From positions 167,694 through 208,772 of the forward strand of contig NW_014577068.1 in assembly GCF_000485595.1 (NCBI RefSeq): 41,079 nucleotides of DNA, in the 5' to 3' direction. Numbering within the stretch: the stretch's first letter is position 1; each line of letters begins with the position of its first letter. Position numbers and translations under genes: made by a program. The notes under the pieces were generated by a model. That model ran no database searches. It was given only the letters and a program-made list of their open reading frames with translations, and was not told the DNA's origin. Positions 35,401 through 41,079 of the stretch are shown piece by piece. The stretch comes from Priapulus caudatus (lineage: Eukaryota).

Positions 35401-38400
35401 CGCAGCGTCTTCTTTTCTAGCGCAGGCTGTGAAGCCAAGAACCACAGCAACGTTCAGAGAACAACGTGCCAAGAACCACAGCAATGTTCAGAGAACAGCG
35501 TCAGGTTCGTATGAAACATAACATCTCATGGTTATCACAGCGTGAGTGAAGTTTTTATAGAGGAGGGGGCAACCCACCATGTTGAGCTTGTATAGAAGAG
35601 GGGGAGGGGGCAACCAACCATGTTGAAGTTATTACAGCACGAGTAAATAACTTGTATAGAGTAAGAGGGGCAACCCACGATGTTGAAGTTATTACAGCAC
35701 GAGTAAATAGCTTGTATAGAGAAAAAGGGGCAACCCACAATGTTGAAGTTATCACAGCATGAGTTAAAGGGATACTAGACTCTAGGATTTTACTGCATAC
35801 AACTGTACTTACTGTATAACAAATCGTCTATACCCACACGTAGTTGTTACCAGATACCTAATTTAATTGTTATAATTAATTATACATCAACGCTACGAAA
35901 TTGTAACGGCGCCATTGACACCCGCGACCGTGCTGCCACCCTGAAAAAGTTGTGCATTTCCCAACATATTTTGCACGTTATAGACTGAGGGCTAATTACA
36001 AAAGTGCAATGGTGATTGAACCATGACACTTTTTATGTAGCATGATTTTAACCTAAATTAACTGAAAATAACCCTAGAACCTAGAGTAAAGGATCCCTTT
36101 AATAGCTTGTATAGAGTAGGAGGGCAACCCACCATGTTGAAGTTATCACAGCATGAGTGAATAGCTTGTATAGAGTAGGAGGAACAACCCACCATGTTGA
36201 AGTTATCACAGCATGAATGAATAGCTAGCATAGAGTAGGAGGGCAACTCACGATGTTGAAGTTATCACAGCATGAGGTAATAGCTTGTATAGAGTAGGAG
36301 GAGGACAACCCACCATGTTGAAGTTATCACAGCATGAGTGAATAGCTTGTATAGAGTAGGAGGACAACCCACCATGTTGAAGTTATCACAGCATGAGTTA
36401 ATAGCTTGTATAGAGTAGGAGGGCAACCCACCATGTTGAAGTTATCACAGCATGAGTTAATAGCTTGTATAGAGTAGGAGGGACAACCCACCATGTTGAA
36501 GTTATCACAGCATGAGTTAATAGCTTGTATAGAGTAGGAGGACAACCCACCATGTTGAAGTTATCACAGCGTGAGTTAATAGCTTGTATAGAGTAGCAGG
36601 ACAACCCACCATGTTGAAGTTATCACAGCGTGAGTTAATAGCTTGTATAGAGTAGGAGGACAACCCACCATGTTGAAGTTATCACAGCATGAGTTAATAG
36701 CTTGTATAGAGTAGGAGGGCAACCCACCATGTTGAAGTTATCACAGCATGAGTTAATAGCTTGTATAGAGTAGGAGGACAACCCACCATGTTGAAGTTAT
36801 CACANNNNNNNNNNCACAGCGAGTATCGCCACGTCGCGTCACAGCAAGTATCGTCACGTCACAGCGAGTATCGCCACGTCGCGTCACAGCAAGTATCGTC
36901 ACGTCACAGCGAGTATCCTCACGTCACAGCGAGTATTGTCACGTCACAGCGAGTATCGTCGCGTCACAGCAAGTATCGTCACGTCACAGCGAGTATCCTC
37001 ACGTCACAGCGAGTATTGTCACGTCACAGCGAGTATCGTCGCGTCACAGCAAGTATCGTCACGTCACAGCGAGTATTGTCACGTCACAGCGAGTATTGTC
37101 ACGTCACAGCAAGTATCATCACGTCACAGCGAGTATCATCACGTCACAGCAAGTATTGTCACGTCACGGAGAGTATCGTTCAGGTTCTCACATTGCAAAG
37201 CATGCAAACTGTCACGCCGCACCGCAGATCGGCAAAATTATGTTTGTTTGTTCAGAGTCATGCGGTGGATTAATGGTTCGTTAGCTTTGCCATTTGTTTC
37301 TACACCTGAAAGTCTGTTGATAAAAGTTATCGGGAGTTTTGTTAGCGTATGAAGTACCAAAAAATGTTTTCTTAATCAAATTATACACAATCTGCGATTA
37401 AATGTGTCAGAACGTGCTCATGTTACCCTAACTTACAACATAATCACAAAACAGAATCAGTCCACCTCGCCTGACCATTTCCAAACTCAAGGACAGTGGC
37501 CGTCCCCACCCCTTCTGCAACTCCTCCCTGTAATTGAAATTATAACACATAGTTGTTAGATATGAAATAACCTTGACACATATAAGATACCATAAACAAT
37601 TCTTCCAAACAGGTGAATGTTCCACATTTCTTGTGTAACAACCAAACGGGTCTAAATTTAGCATGGAGCATCTGAAATTGGATGAGTGTGGTAGGCAGGA
37701 AATACAAAAATTACCAGTGTCTGCACGTCTGATCACATGCTCATGGTTTCATTCACTTCGTGCGAATTGAAAAATAAAGTATGTCCGAGAGTGTACATTC
37801 ATACATGCATGTTCATGCGTGCACATGTATGTGTGTGTCTGTGTGCGTGCGTGCGTGCTTGCGTGCGTGCGTGCGTGCGTGCGTGGGTGTTTGCACACTT
37901 GNNNNNNNNNNNNNNNNNNNNNNNNNNNNNNNNNNNNNNNNNNNNNNNNNNNNNNNNNNNNNNNNNNNNNNNNNNNNNNNNNNNNNNNNNNNNNNNNNNN
38001 NNNNNNNNNNNNNNNNNNNNNNNNNNNNNNNNNNNNNNNNNNNNNNNNNNNNNNNNNNNNNNNNNNNNNNNNNNNNNNNNNNNNNNNNNNNNNNNNNNNN
38101 NNNNNNNNNNNNNNNNNNNNNNNNNNNNNNNNNNNNNNNNNNNNNNNNNNNNNNNNNNNNNNNNNNNNNNNNNNNNNNNNNNNNNNNNNNNNNNNNNNNN
38201 NNNNNNNNNNNNNNNNNNNNNNNNNNNNNNNNNNNNNNNNNNNNNNNNNNNNNNNNNNNNNNNNNNNNNNNNNNNNNNNNNNNNNNNNNNNNNNNNNNNN
38301 NNNNNNNNNNNNNNNNNNNNNNNNNNNNNNNNNNNNNNNNNNNNNNNNNNNNNNNNNNNNNNNNNNNNNNNNNNNNNNNNNNNNNNNNNNNNNNNNNNNN

Positions 38401-41013
38401 NNNNNNNNNNNNNNNNNNNNNNNNNNNNNNNNNNNNNNNNNNNNNNNNNNNNNNNNNNNNNNNNNNNNNNNNNNNNNNNNNNNNNNNNNNNNNNNNNNNN
38501 NNNNNNNNNNNNNNNNNNNNNNNNNNNNNNNNNNNNNNNNNNNNNNNNNNNNNNNNNNNNNNNNNNNNNNNNNNNNNNNNNNNNNNNNNNNNNNNNNNNN
38601 NNNNNNNNNNNNNNNNNNNNNNNNNNNNNNNNNNNNNNNNNNNNNNNNNNNNNNNNNNNNNNNNNNNNNNNNNNNNNNNNNNNNNNNNNNNNNNNNNNNN
38701 NNNNNNNNNNNNNNNNNNNNNNNNNNNNNNNNNNNNNNNNNNNNNNNNNNNNNNNNNNNNNNNNNNNNNNNNNNATCAGGAGTAGTTGATGTTGATCAGG
38801 AGTAGATAATAGGGAATTCCCTATTATCTACTCCTGATGTTGATAGATACTGGCTCAGTGAATATCGTGAAAATCCTGGTTGTATCATGTGTCTGACGTC
38901 ATCATGACGTCAGCCGCGGCTTACTACACATGTACGCGGCCAAGCAAAACGCTCTGACAGTTCACATGTACCGTTATATGGAGAAATGAACACGTACACA
39001 GGTGGCACATAGTGTTAGCCATCGAATAAAGTTGAAAATAAAAAATCGGTTACATTTTTCCAAAAACCTTGAGAGTATCCTTAAGTAAATACGTCCCCAA
39101 ACGCACTCACATCTGCTGCTGCGTGGCTGAAGGCCTATGCGTCTGCATCAGTTCACTCCACCACGACTGGTCATCGTAGTTCAGCAGCGTGAGTATGTTG
39201 CACCACTGCAGCAGCAGCGTCGGCTGCGTCATGCGCAGTGCGTGGAAGTAGCCGTTGATCTGCCTGACGCTGTAGAAGCAGGCCGGAGGTTCCTCGACGA
39301 TCATAGACATAGCAGCCGTCGCCACTCGCCTGTAAATCCCTGTGCAAGGTCCACCTACGTATTAGCAAGATTGCCAGATGTGTGCCAAAGTGTGCGTGCA
39401 CTGTGGAATGCGTTTCAGTTACCACACACATCAGCACAGCTTGTGGTCATAATTGAACCATAAGTATATCACAGTGATTGCATCAGGAGTAAGATAATAT
39501 AGGATATTATCTTATATTATCTTATATTATCTTATCCTATATTATCTTACTCCTGATTGCATCACCACTTTTTAAATTTTTCCCGCTATGCAGACGAAAG
39601 CTGATGCACTGTCAGTTCCAAGTTGGTTCCCAATACCGGGGGGAGAATACAAGAGCTAGTATAGTAAGAGTAATATAGGTTCGGTATGTAAGTGTGTTTT
39701 CGTACCGGACTGGAACATGTGCATGATGTAGAGAAGCAGCTGGGAGAGTTGGTGGCAGAGAAACGTGCAGTCTTCGGGCTGAGTGGAAGCAGGAATCCCA
39801 GTCTTGCTGCAGATTTCCCTCGACACCATGCCAACAACCTGCAGTAGAAACCTGCGGGTACGGGAAGCCATGAAGGCAAGGTTAATTTCTGCAAGCTAAA
39901 CTAAACAATACCTAACAGCAGAAGACAGGTATGGGAACTGGTGCCTCCTACAGTCTGATAACGTTAGCATTAAGACGCAGCAAGCAGCACTGACAACATC
40001 AGCTATTCAAATCTTAGAACGGTGTCGTCGTATTTTATGGTATAATATAACGTAACATAATTACAATGATTTCCTTTAAAATTGCAGTGTAAGTTACCAT
40101 CATGAATTTATTTCATAATTAAATTATATTATATTAGGAATTCAAGTTAACTAACTGGTGAATCATCTAGCACAGTTGACGAGTTTTTTGACTAAACAGA
40201 GTTCAGGGTTATGATTGGAACCATCATTGCCTGGCTAGTGTTTCTTCCTCTGATAGCGATTCACTCGGTCCCTGTGTATCCGTGTAAATAGTTACGTAGA
40301 GGCCTAGTTCACGCAACCGTGACAAAACTACCTCTTCTTTAGCCTGCAGAAAAATAAGACAACTATGTTAGTAGAATATAAGTGGTTATATAACATAAAA
40401 TATAGGAAACAAGTAACAACAGCAGTCCAAGCAACAATGAAATCACCAAAATCTGAAATTTGAGATGAATTTAAAATGATAAAAGACTGATTAAAGACAC
40501 TGAAAAAAATTAAAGGTACATGGGTAAATATTATCAATATTTCTGCTAAGGCCAAGCAGCAACGTAACATGACAAGCAAATCACGCTTTGACGTAACTGT
40601 GATGTCCAGCCCTAGTGTTTACGTTTTGTATCGATGCTGACTCTATGTGTGCAATGTGACGCATGCGTGAGCGGACATCCGGGAATAAGAAATAAAGGAG
40701 CAGCGGGAATGGATTGGACAGAAACGAGGTGTTATAATATTCGGAGTTCAATTATGGTTTGATATCATCAATCAACAAACAATAAGAACATTACAGTAAC
40801 TTTAGCAACAGTATCACACACCTGATAGATCAGCACTCTCAATATAGCCAGGGCAAGGCACATCCAACGCTGCACTCGCTGTACAGTAGTCAGTGGCTTC
40901 GGTGGTACAAGCAGAGTGTTGAGCAATATGTCCACAGGCCTGAACACAGATGGCGCCACCACCTCAAACAGGCGATGTAATACCTCCAACGCAGCTTGGT
41001 CATCTAGGTTTAT
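17987..41013 (-). CDS. HTT: Huntingtin orthologue, C-terminal portion (multi-exon; 5' part lies outside the window)
   Basis: Exon peptides match remembered huntingtin segments in the correct order, e.g. [108 protein letters not shown]. Splice phases are consistent throughout. Confidence 0.96.
18478..18898. repeat. Three-arm inverted/direct repeat cluster in the last HTT intron
   Basis: 18677-18753 and 18822-18898 are exact reverse complements (77 bp); a third, near-identical ~57-bp arm lies at 18478-18534. Confidence 0.9.
19110..23639 (-). CDS. HTT: HTT 7-exon block, copy B: 23484-23639, 22843-23030, 22228-22488, 21598-21795, 20712-20874, 19640-19800, 19110-19197
   Basis: Same exon lengths and splice sites as copy A; the only peptide difference I noticed is ETDF versus EMDF. 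Confidence 0.9.
19995..20710. repeat. 36-bp minisatellite (~20 copies; ~3 copies at the equivalent site 25484-25600)
   Basis: Unit CACACACATGCCTGCGTACGCACATAAGAATGCGAG; 12-aa periodicity in the spurious ORFs. Confidence 0.92.
21466..21560 (+). mobile_element. Helentron/DINE-like interspersed repeat fragment (second copy at ~26358-26464)
   Basis: AACAAG start, (GACA)n tract, 3' hairpin-like TATACCCC...CGTATA followed by an A run. Family assignment is from structural resemblance only. Confidence 0.45.
22531..22837. repeat. GGTAA/GGTACA/GGTGCA mixed short repeat array (second copy at 27456-27876)
   Basis: Read directly from sequence; fills most of an HTT intron. Confidence 0.95.
23786..24250. 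repeat. GAGAGTATATGC-type satellite with higher-order repetition
   Basis: A longer block recurs about three times; an inverted copy lies at 18899-19094. Confidence 0.9.
24263..28681 (-). CDS. HTT: HTT 7-exon block, copy A: 28526-28681, 27882-28069, 27152-27412, 26502-26699, 25603-25765, 25106-25266, 24263-24350
   Basis: Exon lengths 156/188/261/198/163/161/88 nt; all AG/GT borders; open and phase-consistent. Confidence 0.9.
24509..24818. mobile_element. 310-bp MITE, PIF/Harbinger-like
   Basis: TIRs AGGCGCGTTCACAC and (reverse complement) AGGTGCGTTCACAC; ATT on both flanks (3-bp TSD); absent from the homologous site near 19355. Confidence 0.85.
29389..29586 (-). CDS. HTT: HTT exon (VSVESIW...[11 protein letters not shown]...EAACS)
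   Basis: 198 nt, phase 0/0. Confidence 0.9.
29668..30004. mobile_element. ~340-bp MITE with ~40-bp imperfect TIRs
   Basis: Left GGCCACAATT...TTTGTTTGCCCTCACCTGACC; right GGTCGGGTGAGGGCAAACAAAC...TTATGGCC; flanks CTA and TTA. Confidence 0.7.
30577..30739 (-). CDS. HTT: HTT exon ([12 protein letters not shown]...YTLGQ)
   Basis: 163 nt, phase 2/0. Confidence 0.9.
31218..31647 (-). CDS. HTT: HTT exon (LARLSLL...[15 protein letters not shown]...FLQTR)
   Basis: 430 nt, phase 1/2. Confidence 0.92.
32227..32380 (-). CDS. HTT: HTT exon (VTEACD...[15 protein letters not shown])
   Basis: 154 nt, phase 0/1. Confidence 0.85.
32872..33102 (-). CDS. HTT: HTT exon (AVQWKY...ELQSALDC...); donor position uncertain
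   Basis: 231 nt using the phase-0 gtagga donor; an alternative phase-1 gtaagg donor lies at 32909. Confidence 0.7.
33660..33920 (-). CDS. HTT: HTT exon ([10 protein letters not shown]...FGVLMLE)
   Basis: 261 nt, phase 0/0. Confidence 0.85.
34245..34772 (-). CDS. HTT: HTT exon ([12 protein letters not shown]...RVSLMQ), CAGCAG tandem acceptor
   Basis: 528 nt (525 if the second AG is used), phase 0/0. Confidence 0.88.
35250..35426 (-). CDS. HTT: HTT exon ([15 protein letters not shown]...LLADTPR)
   Basis: 177 nt, phase 0/0. Confidence 0.9.
35530..36804. repeat. ~59-60-bp minisatellite (~16 copies), interrupted by a MITE
   Basis: Unit on + strand GTATAGAGTAGGAGGACAACCCACCATGTTGAAGTTATCACAGCATGAGTTAATAGCTT. 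Confidence 0.95.
35768..36098. mobile_element. 331-bp non-autonomous TTAA-targeting DNA transposon (Kolobok-like)
   Basis: TTAA duplicated at 35764-35767 and 36099-36102 inside one minisatellite unit; 19-bp TIRs AGGGATACTAGACTCTAGG versus AGGGATCCTTTACTCTAGG; purine-purine terminus. Confidence 0.85.
36815..37180. repeat. 20-bp tandem repeat
   Basis: Unit ACGTCACAGCGAGTATCGTC with variants. Confidence 0.95.
37437..37527 (-). CDS. HTT: HTT exon (...[15 protein letters not shown])
   Basis: 91 nt, phase 2/0, donor gtaagt. An extra exon in the 37902-38774 gap cannot be excluded. Confidence 0.85.
37902..38774. other. Assembly gap (N run); 10-N gaps also at 23776-23785 and 36805-36814
   Basis: N characters. 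Confidence 1.
39111..39339 (-). CDS. HTT: HTT exon (IYRRVATAA...WWSELMQT...)
   Basis: 229 nt, phase 1/2, donor gtgagt. Confidence 0.9.
39706..39851 (-). CDS. HTT: HTT exon (FLLQVVG...HMFQSG)
   Basis: 146 nt, phase 2/1, AG/GT borders. Confidence 0.9.
40231..40343 (-). CDS. HTT: HTT exon ([13 protein letters not shown]...EEETLAR), GC donor; not in ORF track
   Basis: cag acceptor; 113 nt, phase 0/2; donor AG|gcaatg; resembles vertebrate EDIVLSRIQEL...EETFSR. Confidence 0.8.
40822..41013 (-). CDS. HTT: HTT exon ([12 protein letters not shown]...LRVLIYQ)
   Basis: cag acceptor, gtgtgt donor, 192 nt, phase 0/0. Confidence 0.9.
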
Positions 41014-41079
41014 CTGCAATCATATATTACAGCTCTGCTAAGAGCTCTAACTGTCTAATAATAATCTATAATCTATAAT

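Noticed and set aside
37737..38805. 300+ aa ORFs
   Set aside because: Artefacts of translating the N gap.

Overview
Repeat-rich invertebrate (metazoan) genomic DNA from a draft assembly, with N gaps at 23776-23785, 36805-36814 and 37902-38774. Three main components. (1) A + strand gene with an uninterrupted 1361-aa CDS (4610-8695) encoding a chaoptin-like cell-surface leucine-rich-repeat protein. (2) A decayed, 5'-truncated RLE-type non-LTR retrotransposon (R4/Dong-like) lying between (TAA)n tracts at ~12062-14282. (3) The 3' portion of a huntingtin (HTT) orthologue on the - strand, from beyond the window end to a stop at 17987. I traced 21 distinct HTT coding exons by hand with consistent phases; one expected exon is missing at the 36805 gap. 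A 7-exon HTT block is present twice across the 23776 gap, most likely as two haplotypes assembled in tandem. The most unusual signal is in the HTT introns, where the gene's own splice junctions are repeatedly copied: a ~59-bp minisatellite built from an exon end plus its donor site, a decoy acceptor inside a perfect 62-bp inverted repeat, degenerate exon-end/donor triplications, and an array matching the U1 snRNA 5' end. The gene also has a U12-type intron and a GC-AG intron. Homology calls come from remembered protein sequences, not database searches.
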